64,000 bases of DNA from a virus. Its lineage: Duplodnaviria; Caudoviricetes. Below the pieces are notes generated by a model. The model saw nothing but the letters and a program-made list of their open reading frames with translations, made no database searches and was not told where the DNA came from. Position numbers and translations under genes: made by a program. The stretch covers positions 10,475-74,474 of the IMG/VR virus record IMGVR_UViG_3300029288_000152. The stretch is one strand, 5' to 3'. Position 1 is the first letter of the stretch; every line of letters starts with the position of its first letter. This document shows positions 17,441 through 28,200 of this stretch, one piece after another.

Positions 17441-20189
17441 ACCACCAACCTGCATGGGGTGCCCATTATTTGAACCGCCTCTAGGTAAGCATAGTGGATT
17501 CTCTTGTCCTGATGGAGAGGGCAAATCAGGTGTTCTGGTAGTTGCTGAGGCCCTAGGAGAAGTAGAGGAACAAACTGGGGTACCGCTCGTAGGCAAGAGT
17601 GGCTACTACTTTTTTAGCCAACTCAAACGCATTGACCTTGACCGAGACGACTTCAGACTATTTAATGCAGTCGCTTGTAGACCACCCAACAATAAGCTGA
17701 TCCCTCCCTATCGGGATGTAGCCATTGCTCACTGTGCTCCCAATCTGGATGCCACCATCCATGACATGCAGGAGCGGTGTCGGGCAACTGGCAAGCAACT
17801 GACGATCTTAACCTTGGGCGATACAGCGCTCAAGCGTGTGCTACGGATCACCGATCCTCGGCTGACCCTCACCCAACACTTGAGTTATGTGTTCTGGAGT
17901 GAGGAGTACCGGGCGTTTGTGATCCCTTCCTATCATCCCGCCTTCTTGATGCGGGGCTCGAACCACCTTGTACCAGTTTTACAATTTGCCGCCAAGCGAG
18001 CGGTGGAGATTGCCGCCAATGGGTTCACTTATCACACTCCCACATACTTACGAGATCCTGATCCGGCGACATTTTCCCAGTGGTGTCGAGACTACAGAGA
18101 ATCTGTACAGCATAGTGGTGCCACCTATCTCGCGTTCGACATCGAAACCCCTCGCAAGCAAGGGAAGGATGAGGAAGAAGTCGCACGGGAAGAGGACGAT
18201 GATTACACCATCCTCCGCTGCTCATTCGCGTACAAAGCGGGAGAAGCGGTCAGCGTCCCATGGCAGGCCCCATACCTTCCATATCTAGAGGAGTTGTTTG
18301 CGTCTCCGGGCACGAAACTGGTCTGGAACGCCAACTATGACGTACCGCGCATCACTGCCCAGATGCCGATCAATGGAGACATCTGGGATGGCATGCTCAT
18401 GTGGCATGTCCTCAACTCTGCTCTTCCCAAGGGATTGGGCTTCGTCGCGCCCTTCTACTGCCCTGACATGCCGATGTGGAAGCACACCTCGAAGGAGGAT
18501 CCAGCAGGGTATAACTGTCAAGATAGTGATGCCCTGTTGCGGTGTGTCTTAGGGATCAAACCCAGCTTGGAAAAGAATCGCCTCTGGCCTGTCTTTGATC
18601 GCCATGTTGTGCAGTTGAATCGCGTCCTCAGCTACATGTCAGCCAAGGGTGTTCTCCGGGATGAGGCGATGCGGCGGGATGCCGAGAGTCAGCTGAGTAG
18701 ACTGCTCAATGATGTCGAGGCCCAGATGGAAGCATCTGTGCCACAGGAGGCGAGGAGGCTTCATCCGAAGAATGGGTATAAGAAAGCGCCCAAAGACACA
18801 ACCGGCATGGTCCAAGCGGGTTTTCAAGTGCCCATCAAATCTTGCAGCCGATGTGGACTGGACAACCCCACAAAGAGGCATTTTGCTGGTGTCCGAGTGC
18901 CCAAACGGGGAGCAGCCAAACCCCCCAATCCATGTGAAGGTGCTGAAACGGTCACTGTTGTCAAGACAGACATCCGGTGGGCCAAGCCCCTTGAGTTCAA
19001 AGTCAGCAAGGTTGGGTTGCAAGGGTATCAGAAAGCGCTCAAGCACCAAGCGATCATCAACCGCAAGGAGAACAGGGTCACGTTCGATGAGACGGCGATC
19101 AGGCAGCTGATCAAACAGCACCCTAAAGATCCCCTCTATCCCCTCATCCTGACACACCGAGATTACCAGCGGCTGTTGAGTACCTATATTGGCGTGACCC
19201 AAGACGATGGCACCATCCGGGGAGGATTGCGGCTAAGTACTGGTGGACGCATTTCTCCCCAATTCACGCACAATCCTAGCACGTTGAGGTTGGCCTGCCA
19301 GAACCCCAACATGCAGAATCTACCGAGGGCCAGTGATGACGTTCTCACTAGCATGGTTCGGAATCTCATTGTTGCTGCTGATGGCTGCTGTCTTTTGGAG
19401 CGTGACTACAGCGGAATTGAAGCAGTGCTTGTGGGTTACTTCGCTGGCTCTGCTGATTACATGCGTCTTTCTCGGCTTGGGATACATGCTTACATGGCTT
19501 CTCATGTCCTTGGGCGTCCCGCTGACTTGAAGTGGTCGGATGCCGACTTGCGGGCGTACTTCAAGGAAATCAAGAACGCACCAGATCAGGCCACCAAGGA
19601 CATCTACACGGGCTGTAAGCGAGCCGTGCATCTCAGCGGCTATGGTGGCACCCCCAAGAAGATGCACATCGCGGAGCCGGACGTGTTCAAGACCATGAAG
19701 GATGCCGAACGGTTGCAGGGCATCTACTTCGATCTCTGCCCCTATGTCAAGAAGTGGCAGTGGAGCACCCAGTTACAGGCCGAACGGGATGGATTCCTGA
19801 GGAATCCCTTTGGGTATGTCCATCGCTTCTATCACATCTTCAGCTACAAGAAGGAGGCTGGAGAGTGGAAACGAAAGCAGGGTGAAGATGCTAACAAAGC
19901 GCTCGCGTTTCTGCCACAGTCCACAGCAGCGGGGATCATCAAGGAGGCGATGCTTAGGCTCTTTTTCACCCATTTCGAGGCAGCCGGACGGTACCTTCGC
20001 TTGCAAGTACATGATAGTTTGGTACTGGAAGTTCCGCAATCCGAAGCAGATCGGATTGATCAAGTGCTAAAGACTGAGATGGAGCGTCCTGTGCCGGAGT
20101 TGAGGTTGCCTACCAGCTACGGGATAGGTGACTACTTGAGTATCAAGACTGATCTGAAATCTGGCCCTCGCTGGGGCCAAATGTCATAG
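17430..20189 (+). CDS. polA: Family A DNA polymerase with N-terminal uracil-DNA-glycosylase-like domain (SPO1-like architecture)
   Basis: UDG: CxxC, AEALG.VE, CRPPNN, YHPA; exonuclease AFDIET, WNANYD; polymerase DYSGIE, KRAVHLSGYG, QVHDS. Confidence 0.92.
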   Translation: MLSKPPTCMGCPLFEPPLGKHSGFSCPDGEGKSGVLVVAEALGEVEEQTGVPLVGKSGYYFFSQLKRIDLDRDDFRLFNAVACRPPNNKLIPPYRDVAIAHCAPNLDATIHDMQERCRATGKQLTILTLGDTALKRVLRITDPRLTLTQHLSYVFWSEEYRAFVIPSYHPAFLMRGSNHLVPVLQFAAKRAVEIAANGFTYHTPTYLRDPDPATFSQWCRDYRESVQHSGATYLAFDIETPRKQGKDEEEVAREEDDDYTILRCSFAYKAGEAVSVPWQAPYLPYLEELFASPGTKLVWNANYDVPRITAQMPINGDIWDGMLMWHVLNSALPKGLGFVAPFYCPDMPMWKHTSKEDPAGYNCQDSDALLRCVLGIKPSLEKNRLWPVFDRHVVQLNRVLSYMSAKGVLRDEAMRRDAESQLSRLLNDVEAQMEASVPQEARRLHPKNGYKKAPKDTTGMVQAGFQVPIKSCSRCGLDNPTKRHFAGVRVPKRGAAKPPNPCEGAETVTVVKTDIRWAKPLEFKVSKVGLQGYQKALKHQAIINRKENRVTFDETAIRQLIKQHPKDPLYPLILTHRDYQRLLSTYIGVTQDDGTIRGGLRLSTGGRISPQFTHNPSTLRLACQNPNMQNLPRASDDVLTSMVRNLIVAADGCCLLERDYSGIEAVLVGYFAGSADYMRLSRLGIHAYMASHVLGRPADLKWSDADLRAYFKEIKNAPDQATKDIYTGCKRAVHLSGYGGTPKKMHIAEPDVFKTMKDAERLQGIYFDLCPYVKKWQWSTQLQAERDGFLRNPFGYVHRFYHIFSYKKEAGEWKRKQGEDANKALAFLPQSTAAGIIKEAMLRLFFTHFEAAGRYLRLQVHDSLVLEVPQSEADRIDQVLKTEMERPVPELRLPTSYGIGDYLSIKTDLKSGPRWGQMS

Positions 20190-20197
20190 GAGGAATC

Positions 20198-20398
20198 ATG
20201 ATCCAGCGCATTGAGGTGTTTCAGTGTACTAATACCAGATGTCATAAGAATGACGTGTGGGTAAAGATGAAAATCAGTCAGTTTGAGCCTGATAGACGGA
20301 TCTGCTTGTACTGTCCTGAATGTGGTAGCTCAATCGCCATTGACTATAGCGTCCTGCAAGGGTATATCCTAACATCAGTAGACAAGCAGGAGGAGTGA
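20198..20398 (+). CDS. Zn-finger hypothetical protein
   Basis: CxxxxC..CPEC; GGAGGA SD. Confidence 0.7.
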   Translation: MIQRIEVFQCTNTRCHKNDVWVKMKISQFEPDRRICLYCPECGSSIAIDYSVLQGYILTSVDKQEE

Positions 20399-20637
20399 TG
20401 CCATACATCCGTCAAGAAGATCGCATCCGAGCGGCTCATCTGCCCGAGACGCCTGGGGAGTTGAATTATGCGATTACCGAGATGCTCCTAGACTATCTGA
20501 ATGCAGCTCTCAACCCTGGTTACAACAGGATGAATGAGATCCTGGGCGTACTAACGTGCGTGCAGCAGGAGTTTTATAGGCGTGTCTTGGTAGAGTTGGA
20601 GGATCGGAAGCGTGCGGAGAATGGAGATGTGTACTGA
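20395..20637 (+). CDS. Conserved phage hypothetical (MPYI..GELNY..EFYRR family)
   Basis: Recognisable small helical phage family, usually near nucleotide-metabolism genes. Confidence 0.8.
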   Translation: MMPYIRQEDRIRAAHLPETPGELNYAITEMLLDYLNAALNPGYNRMNEILGVLTCVQQEFYRRVLVELEDRKRAENGDVY

Positions 20638-21044
20638 TGAAACTTGTCTATACGGCAGGGGCGTTTAGGGCTCCAACAGCATGGGGCATCCATGAGAACA
20701 TCCGACGGGCAGAAGCATGGGCCTTAGAGATTTGGAAGCAGGGCGCAGTGGCCCTCTGTCCACATCTCAATACCGCGAACTTCCAAGGTGCTATGCCTGA
20801 CCATACGTGGCTAGAAGGGGACTTGGAGATGCTTAAGCGATGCGATGCGGTATTCATGATCCCTTACTGGGAACGGTCAGAAGGGGCACGAAAGGAGAGG
20901 GAAGTCGCCATCGCGGAAAAGATTCCTGTCTTCACAGACTTTGGGCATTTGTGTGCGTGGATTCAGACCAACCAGGAGGGTTCAGATGCCAGCACTCAGT
21001 CACGATACGTTGATGGAGAGAGAGACCACGATTCGTTTCGATGA
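20637..21044 (+). CDS. DUF4406/nucleoside 2-deoxyribosyltransferase-like protein
   Basis: VYTAGAFR..CDAVFMIPYWERSEGARKE. Confidence 0.8.
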   Translation: MKLVYTAGAFRAPTAWGIHENIRRAEAWALEIWKQGAVALCPHLNTANFQGAMPDHTWLEGDLEMLKRCDAVFMIPYWERSEGARKEREVAIAEKIPVFTDFGHLCAWIQTNQEGSDASTQSRYVDGERDHDSFR

Positions 21045-21234
21045 GACCGGGGAGGATGCCACGCTTTGGACGGCTTCCATTCCGGTCAAGCGGGAGTGGG
21101 AAAGTCTGGGGTATCCGATCAGACAACCGGTTACAGGCCAGCGAGGGTGGTGGGTAGAGGTGCCTGTTGACAGGATTAACTTCAAACCTCTCCGAAAACG
21201 CCCTTCTACAGCAGGACCAGCAAAAGTGGCATGA
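20986..21234 (+). CDS. Hypothetical protein
   Basis: 82 aa; GGAGGG SD. Confidence 0.7.
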   Translation: MPALSHDTLMERETTIRFDETGEDATLWTASIPVKREWESLGYPIRQPVTGQRGWWVEVPVDRINFKPLRKRPSTAGPAKVA

Positions 21235-21294
21235 AATGTCTAAGGAATCTGGCAGGTAAACTGGCTTATCAAAATCGGATGGAAAGGGGGCCAC

Positions 21295-21540
21295 TTGGCT
21301 ACTAAGACAGGGATGCCGAACAAGGCAGCATTCAAGCTGGTATGCGAACAACTCGAACAGGGAGAAGTACTTACACTAGAACACGTAGGCATGGTATTCG
21401 GGCAGCCGTTCTGGGTCATGCTCGTCTATTGCTTCATGGACAGCGCGGATGCTGCCCGCGCCATCGCTGGCGCAATCAACCGGTTGAGGGAAGGTGGGAA
21501 GGAGGACTTGGATGAGGATGTTTCAGACCGGAGCAACTAG
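21295..21540 (+). CDS. Hypothetical protein
   Basis: 81 aa. Confidence 0.55.
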   Translation: MATKTGMPNKAAFKLVCEQLEQGEVLTLEHVGMVFGQPFWVMLVYCFMDSADAARAIAGAINRLREGGKEDLDEDVSDRSN

Positions 21541-22114
21541 GGACAGTGCAGAGGAGAAGCCAATCTACAACCGCTTCAACTCTGCTCTAGTGGAGAAGCG
21601 CTTCGGAGAATACATGCTCGTCCATCAAGTCCAAGCTGATGGACAGCATAGAGATGGAGATAACTGGAAGAAGGGGATCCCAGTGGATGCGTACTGGGAC
21701 TCCCTCCATCGACACTACTTGGACTTGTGTTTGATTCTGGAAGGCTATCCAGAAGAGGCCAGAGAGCCTGACATCGAGAAGGTACTCTGTGCCATGCGGT
21801 TCAATATCAATGGGATGCTGCTAGAGGTACTCAAGGAACGTACTGTACGTACGAATCCTACTCATGATGCTCATGAGCAGCATTCGCAGCCCGACTTCGA
21901 CCGCATTGCAGCACAGTGGCGGGAACGGATCAAGGAGGATCGGCGGTTGGAGTTGGAGCAGGCTGCTAAATCCCATCCCGGCTTTGAGCGGTCAGCGGTG
22001 GAGTGGGTGAAGGAGGAGCAGCGGTTGGATGAGGCATTTCGAACGTTGATGACGTTTGAGCCGGAACCTGAGGAGCCTTCTTTCCCCGATGACCATTCGC
22101 CTTCGGGATCTTGA
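21512..22114 (+). CDS. DUF5664-like dATP/dGTP diphosphohydrolase domain protein
   Basis: FQTGATRD..K, DNWKKGIP..YWDSLHRH, CAMRFNINGML. Confidence 0.75.
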   Translation: MRMFQTGATRDSAEEKPIYNRFNSALVEKRFGEYMLVHQVQADGQHRDGDNWKKGIPVDAYWDSLHRHYLDLCLILEGYPEEAREPDIEKVLCAMRFNINGMLLEVLKERTVRTNPTHDAHEQHSQPDFDRIAAQWRERIKEDRRLELEQAAKSHPGFERSAVEWVKEEQRLDEAFRTLMTFEPEPEEPSFPDDHSPSGS

Positions 22115-22355
22115 TCTCCTTGACTTCCTCGATCAACTCAGTCGGGACGAATGTGTAATCACGCATCGTCCCGTCTGAGATCACCTCCCCTACCAGCGAC
22201 ACGCCCTTGTCATCCTGCCGAGCCAGCCAGCCATAGGTAGTCACGACCACGGGCGCGTGGGGCAACTCGTGGTCGTAGAGACAGTTCTCCTTGCCTGAGC
22301 CATGAGGGTCGCGCCAAGTGCATGCCACGAATTTCTTGCCTTCTACGCGTTGCAT
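21966..22355 (-). CDS. Conserved phage hypothetical (W.D..GWL family)
   Basis: Start moved to ATG 22355 next to upstream stop; CTWRD..TYGWL. Confidence 0.7.
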   Translation of the reverse strand: MQRVEGKKFVACTWRDPHGSGKENCLYDHELPHAPVVVTTYGWLARQDDKGVSLVGEVISDGTMRDYTFVPTELIEEVKEIKIPKANGHRGKKAPQVPAQTSSTFEMPHPTAAPPSPTPPLTAQSRDGI

Positions 22356-22357
22356 AG

Positions 22358-23071
22358 CTACATCCCCACTACGCCAGTCTTGTTCTTCTGGATGCACTGA
22401 ACGGACTTGCTCCATGAGCCACACGCCATACACTGGAAGCGCTGATACACCCTAGATTGGGTAAGGTGCGTACCGCGCTTCTGAAGGCGCATGGAAGCAC
22501 AAGCCGGGCACTTGCCGTCCTCAGCCACCCCTCGATGGGGATGGTTGGTGATGAGGGGCAGCAATCGGAGATACGCCTCCTCCAAGACGAGGACATCCTT
22601 CTTGCAGTGTGTCCTGATGTAGCGTAAGGCGTTCTCATCACCTGCAATGGCCTTCACCCAGATTGGTCCCCTCACTGCATCCTTGGCCGTGGGGAGGTTG
22701 AGGAAGTCCTGCACCGTATTCAGCCGATTGTTCCGCAGCTTGAGCTTCCACTTGGCGGTCTTCCAGCCATCAATGTGCGGGATGTTGGCGGGGAGGGTGG
22801 GGAGGTTGTGGTAGAGGAGGCGGGTGTTGATGAAGGGGAGGTCGAAGTAGGTGCCATACCATGTCAGGATGACATCGGCTTGGACGAGTTCATCATAGAT
22901 GGCCCTGACCAAGGGTTTGTCATTGGTGGGATTCTTGGCATACTCTGGGAAATCGGCTATGGATACTACCCACGGCTTCCCCTTGCCCACTACCTTGAAG
23001 CCGGAACACAGGATCACGCCGTAATCGCCGTTGAGCGAGCTGGTTTCGAGGTCCCACGCTACGATTCGCAT
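22358..23071 (-). CDS. RNase H-fold (DnaQ/RNase_H_2) 3'-5' exonuclease with C-terminal Zn ribbon
   Basis: WDLET, WYGTYFDLPF, HIDGW, HCKKDV; CPAC..CMAC. Confidence 0.88.
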   Translation of the reverse strand: MRIVAWDLETSSLNGDYGVILCSGFKVVGKGKPWVVSIADFPEYAKNPTNDKPLVRAIYDELVQADVILTWYGTYFDLPFINTRLLYHNLPTLPANIPHIDGWKTAKWKLKLRNNRLNTVQDFLNLPTAKDAVRGPIWVKAIAGDENALRYIRTHCKKDVLVLEEAYLRLLPLITNHPHRGVAEDGKCPACASMRLQKRGTHLTQSRVYQRFQCMACGSWSKSVQCIQKNKTGVVGM

Positions 23072-23149
23072 CGGATTCTCCTAAAGATGCCAAACCCCGC
23101 TACCCCTCAGATGAGGGACGACGCAGCGGGGTGTGGGGTGGACGGGGCC

Positions 23150-23178
23150 AGTATACGCGGATGGCGCGAGATTGTCAA
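23150..23178 (-). promoter_or_regulatory. Sigma70-type promoter
   Basis: TTGACA-ATCTC..-TATACT, 17-nt spacer. Confidence 0.8.
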
Positions 23179-23194
23179 GGGGTCATTTTTCAAT

Positions 23195-24103
23195 CTAGAA
23201 ACGTGTCTTGATGTAATCCACAATGCGCTGGCCATAACCTTTGGGAGGTTCGGCTGGGACTTGGTACCCCAGATTGCGGAGAGCATCCACACTGGCACTG
23301 TGCAACTTTTCGTGCCCCCTTAGTGTACCCCACTCATAATATTTTCGTGGATCTTGTGCCTGCTCCAAAGCCGATGCACGCAACACTCTCGTAGGCACAC
23401 TTGGATCCTGTAGTTGCGTACGCATGGCATTTATTGTACCTGCTGTCCTAGCCCCAACCTCATCTGGATGGTAAAAGTAGGTAACCTTTTCCATGGGTAC
23501 CTCTTTTGGCCAAGCCTGCAACATGGATTCAACCGGCGACCCTGGCATGGACAGCGGAGATGCAGATAATTCTGCCATTCTGTTGAGAGGTCGTCTATAC
23601 GTGCGGAGGTGGGCTTGAGCACTGTGAGCTAGCTCATGAGCAGCAGTGTTAGCAGCGTTTTCAGGCAGTACTCCACTGGCCCTTCGCACAGTCTCAGGGC
23701 TTATCTCAATAGTACGCTGTCCTGTTTGTGGGGCGAATCCAAATGTTCCAGAGAATCTGCTGTTGGCTGGCGTTGACTTCATGATGGCAACTTCAGATAG
23801 TTGCCGTGGATAACGGGCAGCGAGTATTGCGGCACCCTTTTCATACTCAGGGCCTAAGGCTCTAAGCGCTTGAACTGCCTCATCGGTCGCTGCCTGTCTA
23901 GCTAGTTTGTTTCCTATAAACTTGGTAGGAAGCATTCCCAACGCTACAGGGGCCGATAACGGATTCATAGGACCTAGCAACTCAGATTTTGGATCACTGT
24001 ACCCTGTCAAGTCCAAGGCAGTTTTTAGCCCACGCTGCCAAGCGGGATCCATAACACTAGGGGACGTTACCCAATTTGGGCGAGGATCTGAGTAAACTGG
24101 CAT
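23195..24103 (-). CDS. Late protein with HExxH zinc-metallopeptidase motif
   Basis: AAHELAHSAQ..DEVGAR; last gene of the late operon; visibly more AT-rich. Confidence 0.7.
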   Translation of the reverse strand: MPVYSDPRPNWVTSPSVMDPAWQRGLKTALDLTGYSDPKSELLGPMNPLSAPVALGMLPTKFIGNKLARQAATDEAVQALRALGPEYEKGAAILAARYPRQLSEVAIMKSTPANSRFSGTFGFAPQTGQRTIEISPETVRRASGVLPENAANTAAHELAHSAQAHLRTYRRPLNRMAELSASPLSMPGSPVESMLQAWPKEVPMEKVTYFYHPDEVGARTAGTINAMRTQLQDPSVPTRVLRASALEQAQDPRKYYEWGTLRGHEKLHSASVDALRNLGYQVPAEPPKGYGQRIVDYIKTRF

Positions 24104-24409
24104 CTACTTCCTCGCAAACTTCTGGAACACGCCCCAGCCCATGTCGGGGAGGCGTTTGAGGATTTCACCGGCTTTGATCGCCATGGGGGAGAGTTGGCGT
24201 CGAGCGGCATTATAGAGTTGTTCACCACCTACTGGAGTATATTCAGGTAGCACCTCACCAAGGGTCTGCATGGCTGGTCTGACCTTCTGGAGTCCTGCTA
24301 TGGCAGGCCCAACCACAGACATGGGAGTGGGCGCGAAGTCTGAGACATCAGGGGTGTAGGGAGATTCCTTGCCAGTGAAGGGGTTGAGAGGACGGCGCAT
24401 GGTAGGCAT
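24104..24409 (-). CDS. Small late protein carrying AIAGLQ motif
   Basis: 101 aa; abuts flanking genes. Confidence 0.75.
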   Translation of the reverse strand: MPTMRRPLNPFTGKESPYTPDVSDFAPTPMSVVGPAIAGLQKVRPAMQTLGEVLPEYTPVGGEQLYNAARRQLSPMAIKAGEILKRLPDMGWGVFQKFARK

Positions 24410-24412
24410 GTC

Positions 24413-24898
24413 TTATCTCATGAACTGCAATGCGCGATCAATCCAGCCATTCAGGAATCTGACTTGGTTCACCGTGCGGCTCACAATCCTCCCAATCAGC
24501 CTGACTCTTGCCGCGACCAACTGATTGTTAACTTTGATGGCATCCTGCTTGGATAGGGCATCCAACGTGATAGGCCCCAGTATGCCATCTACCTTCACCT
24601 TCAGGATCTCTTGGAGCTTCTGAATGGCGATCAAGGGGCCGCTGGTTACTGACATGTCTAGCAGTTGGTTGCGTAGATGATCATCAAGAACCTGATCTAG
24701 ATGCGTCCCACGCAAGTACTTCCGCTCATAAATCTCCCGCGCCTCCGCCTCCGTGACCTTCCCATCCTTCCATGCCTCGGGATTGGCCTTCTCGCTAATC
24801 CCATACTGAGTGCGCTTCCCAGCATCGACAGGATCATTGCTGGGTGGCCCTTCCCGCTTGATTACGTCACCAATCGTGTCCGATACGCTGAACGCCAT
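24413..24898 (-). CDS. Endolysin, glycosyl hydrolase 108 + PG_binding_3
   Basis: KREG..NDPVDAGKRTQYGI, VDGILGP.T, FLNGW..RA. Confidence 0.92.
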   Translation of the reverse strand: MAFSVSDTIGDVIKREGPPSNDPVDAGKRTQYGISEKANPEAWKDGKVTEAEAREIYERKYLRGTHLDQVLDDHLRNQLLDMSVTSGPLIAIQKLQEILKVKVDGILGPITLDALSKQDAIKVNNQLVAARVRLIGRIVSRTVNQVRFLNGWIDRALQFMR

Positions 24899-24906
24899 GT
24901 AACCTC

Positions 24907-25224
24907 CTACGGTGTAGAGTGCCCATTCGTCTTCGCCTGCAACCAAGTGAGTGCCATCTGAATGTCCGATTGCTGCTTCACGATTTCATGTCGGGTCTGA
25001 TTGATGTTGAGTTCGATGCCTTGCACGCCCTTTTCAATCCGCTCCAAGCAGCCTTGGATCTCATGGAGATGATTAGCAGCCAGGATCTCCTGATCCTTCT
25101 TGATCTTGCCCAGTCCCCCACCGCGCCAGACGAGGACGTAGATGATCACACCCAAGAGCGCAATGACCGCAATCGGGGTAGCCGCATTGAGGATCGTGAA
25201 GAGTTCTGCAATGAAGTTAAGCAT
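24907..25224 (-). CDS. Putative holin
   Basis: N-terminal TM segments + coiled coil; directly upstream of endolysin. Confidence 0.6.
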   Translation of the reverse strand: MLNFIAELFTILNAATPIAVIALLGVIIYVLVWRGGGLGKIKKDQEILAANHLHEIQGCLERIEKGVQGIELNINQTRHEIVKQQSDIQMALTWLQAKTNGHSTP

Positions 25225-28200
25225 CACTTGACCTTTGGAAAGAGACGGTTGAATTCGGATGGCTGTTGCCCCTTCAGCCACTTCAGGAACGGACCTATCG
25301 ACTCTCTAAGCACAGCCGGATAGGCCCCACGTGGCACCTCAGCCGTGCGTGGAGCTTGCAGGAACCTGCCCCACTCCAGCAAAGGGTCTCCTGATGGGAG
25401 GGGCAGTGCATTCATGGCTCCCCTAACCAAGCCTTGCGTCATGGGCCGTCCAGCCCGTCTTGCCTGTCCGACTGTGAAGCCGACCGCCACGGGCGCACTG
25501 TACTGCCCCCCAAGATTGGTCAGATAACGGCGGTAGGTTCGAGCCTGTTCCGGTGTGAGATGTTCCCCAATCTGCTCTGCCCCTAGCGCACTTCCTACAC
25601 CCATACCTTGTCTAACCAGTTGCGTCCGCACTGATGCAGGCGGCGCTCCCGGCAAAGCTTGAAGCAGCGATCCCAATCCCGGCGTCCGCAACCCACCCTG
25701 CTCAGCGATGTTGATAGGCGTCCGCTTGAATGGGAAGAGCATGTTCCAGAGCCAACTTTTGAGACTCGCTCCGCCATGCCCCCAGCGGGTAAAAGGTTCG
25801 CTGGTGAGCGTGATACGTCGAGCCTCATCACCACTAAATCCTGCTCGCTCCAAGAAGCGCCGCGCCGTCACGTCTCCAGCCGTCATCGCTACACCGGGAA
25901 GGGCGAGATAGCCTTCAGCTTGTCTACCCAGCTTTCCGCCTATGACCTCCGCACGGCCTACGGCTGCCCCTTCCTGCGCATGCGCGATAAGGGATGCTGC
26001 TTCATCAAAGGCTTTGGGGTACTCTTTGGCAAACGCCATCGGAGTCATTTCACGCAAGACTTGCCAACCTCTGGAATCTCCTGACAAGACATGTTCGATG
26101 GCAGACATGTAAGCCGAGCCATAAGGACCAAAGAGGGCGTTAGCAGGCAACCCAATAGGACTAGCCAAGTAGTTGAACCGCTGGATGGCAGGCATGGATT
26201 CCGCGATGCGTTTGGCAGCCTCCTTGATACCTCCAGATGTCTGAACTTGCGTCTCCAAGTTGGCGAGTGCTTCAGGCTTGGCTCCTAGCTGGGTGAGACC
26301 CTTCACAATGCCGGGAAGGGATGGGAGCGCCGCACCTGCCACACCCCCCATGACCGCCCCAGCAAGGGGATCCTCAGGAGTCATCGTGCCACCAGCGAGG
26401 GCCCCGGCTGTGCCTAACCCCAATCGTGCCAACAGTTTAGGGCTGATAGCACCCTTCTGACCTTCCTTTAGACTCTGGAATAATGCACGCCCTGGATTGA
26501 TGGCAGGGGGAGTAGGAGCCACATTCGCACCCTGCGCTGCAACCTTGGCCTCCTGAGCGGCTTGGATTTCAGCCTCTACTTGTTTCATCCAGTCATCGGA
26601 TGCCGCTGCAACAGGGGCCACTTCAGGAACCGCTGCTTCCACTGCACGTGCAGCAGTAGGCGCTCCTGGAGCGTACTCAGCAGGAGGCACATACGGCTTC
26701 CCTGCTAATCTCTCATCAATGTGTGACCGCTGACGAATGGCCTTCTCCAGTTCTCCCTTTCCCTCAGGCATGAGGAGTTTCTTGATTTGCGTGATTCTCG
26801 CACCAGGAGCGTACTGTTGTGCCTTCTCCGTAGCGAGATCAACTGTACTGACTCCTGGACGGAGTAGGTGAGCACTGGGATTAGGAGGAATGGCATAGTT
26901 CCCCATCTGAGTGGGGAGGTTCTCCTCAGGGAGGACATTGAGCAGCTTGGCAAGAGGAGTGGTGATGGCTGGTTCCGTGGCCGCTTGCTGTGCCGCAATC
27001 TGCGCCTGTTGGTCAGCGAGGAAGGCTTCACGCGCCATAGGAGTGGACTCAGGAACTTTCCTCCCAAACATCTCACCAATGCGATCCGCTTTAGCCGCAA
27101 CCGCACCAGCCGCTTCCTCAGGATTGAATGGAGGATATTGAGGAACTTGGAGTCCCTTGCTGATGACTGCTTCCTCACCAATAGTTGTGCTGCCTCCGGG
27201 AAGGGTGAAGTAGGGTTGAGGTGCAACACCTGCCTCAGCAGGAGTCCAACCAGCAAACTTGACTTCAGCCGCTTCGGGGGCTTTAGCCGCCGTGCCAAAC
27301 ATCCGGCCTAGTGGTGTAGTCGGGTCCGTGCGATGAGCTAGACGTGCCGCTAGAAGCGCTCTAGACTCTTCTAGAGTAACGCGAGGAGCCTGAGGTGTAG
27401 CTAGTGTTGGATCGAGATCGTTGACAATAGGTGCCTTTGTCGTCTTCTTGGGAGGTTTCAAAGGTGTCCGCATACTGAGGGTTCCAACGCCCTCAACGTC
27501 AGGCGCACTCACGCTCTCCGAAACAGCCGGTCTACCTCTAGTCAGCCTGCCTTCTTCAATGGCGGTAGTGATCGCCGCTTGGCGGTCAGCTATAAGGTCA
27601 GCCTTCTCTTGGGCCGCAGCCGCTTTTGCTGCAGCAGTTTCCTCCTTCGCCACAATCCTCTGGACGCGAGGGGATTCTAACGCAGTGGCCTGTCTAGTGT
27701 AAGGAATCCTAGCCGCCCCCTCCACCGTAGGCGTGCCGTACTTCTCCCCAAACATCTCCGCACCACGGAGGATGGTCGGTGGAGCCGGACCCACCTTGGC
27801 TCCAAGTCGCCCCATCAATGCCGTCAATCCCCCAGCCGTGCCAGCGCCAAGTCCAGCTGACAGTGCTATCTCACTAGGGTCTGGGAGTTCCTGCTGTTCC
27901 ACCACACTCCGAACGACTGGGGCGGCTCCTGAGAGCATTGCACCCTCAATAGCCGCTCTCAATGGTTTCCCAGCCAATCGCCCAATGCGAGACACCAACC
28001 CCCCACCCAGCAAGCCCACACCGGCTTCACCCGCGATCCGCGCCGGACTGAGTGGAGTCTCTTCGAGCAGTTCCCCAGCGGTCTCCCCGAGCGCACCCCC
28101 AATGGCTCCCGTGACAGGGGTGAGGCCCATGAGGGCTCCAGCACCTCTCGCCCCCATCGCCAAGTAGCGACGGAGATCACTCACCTGAGGTTGGGCTGGA

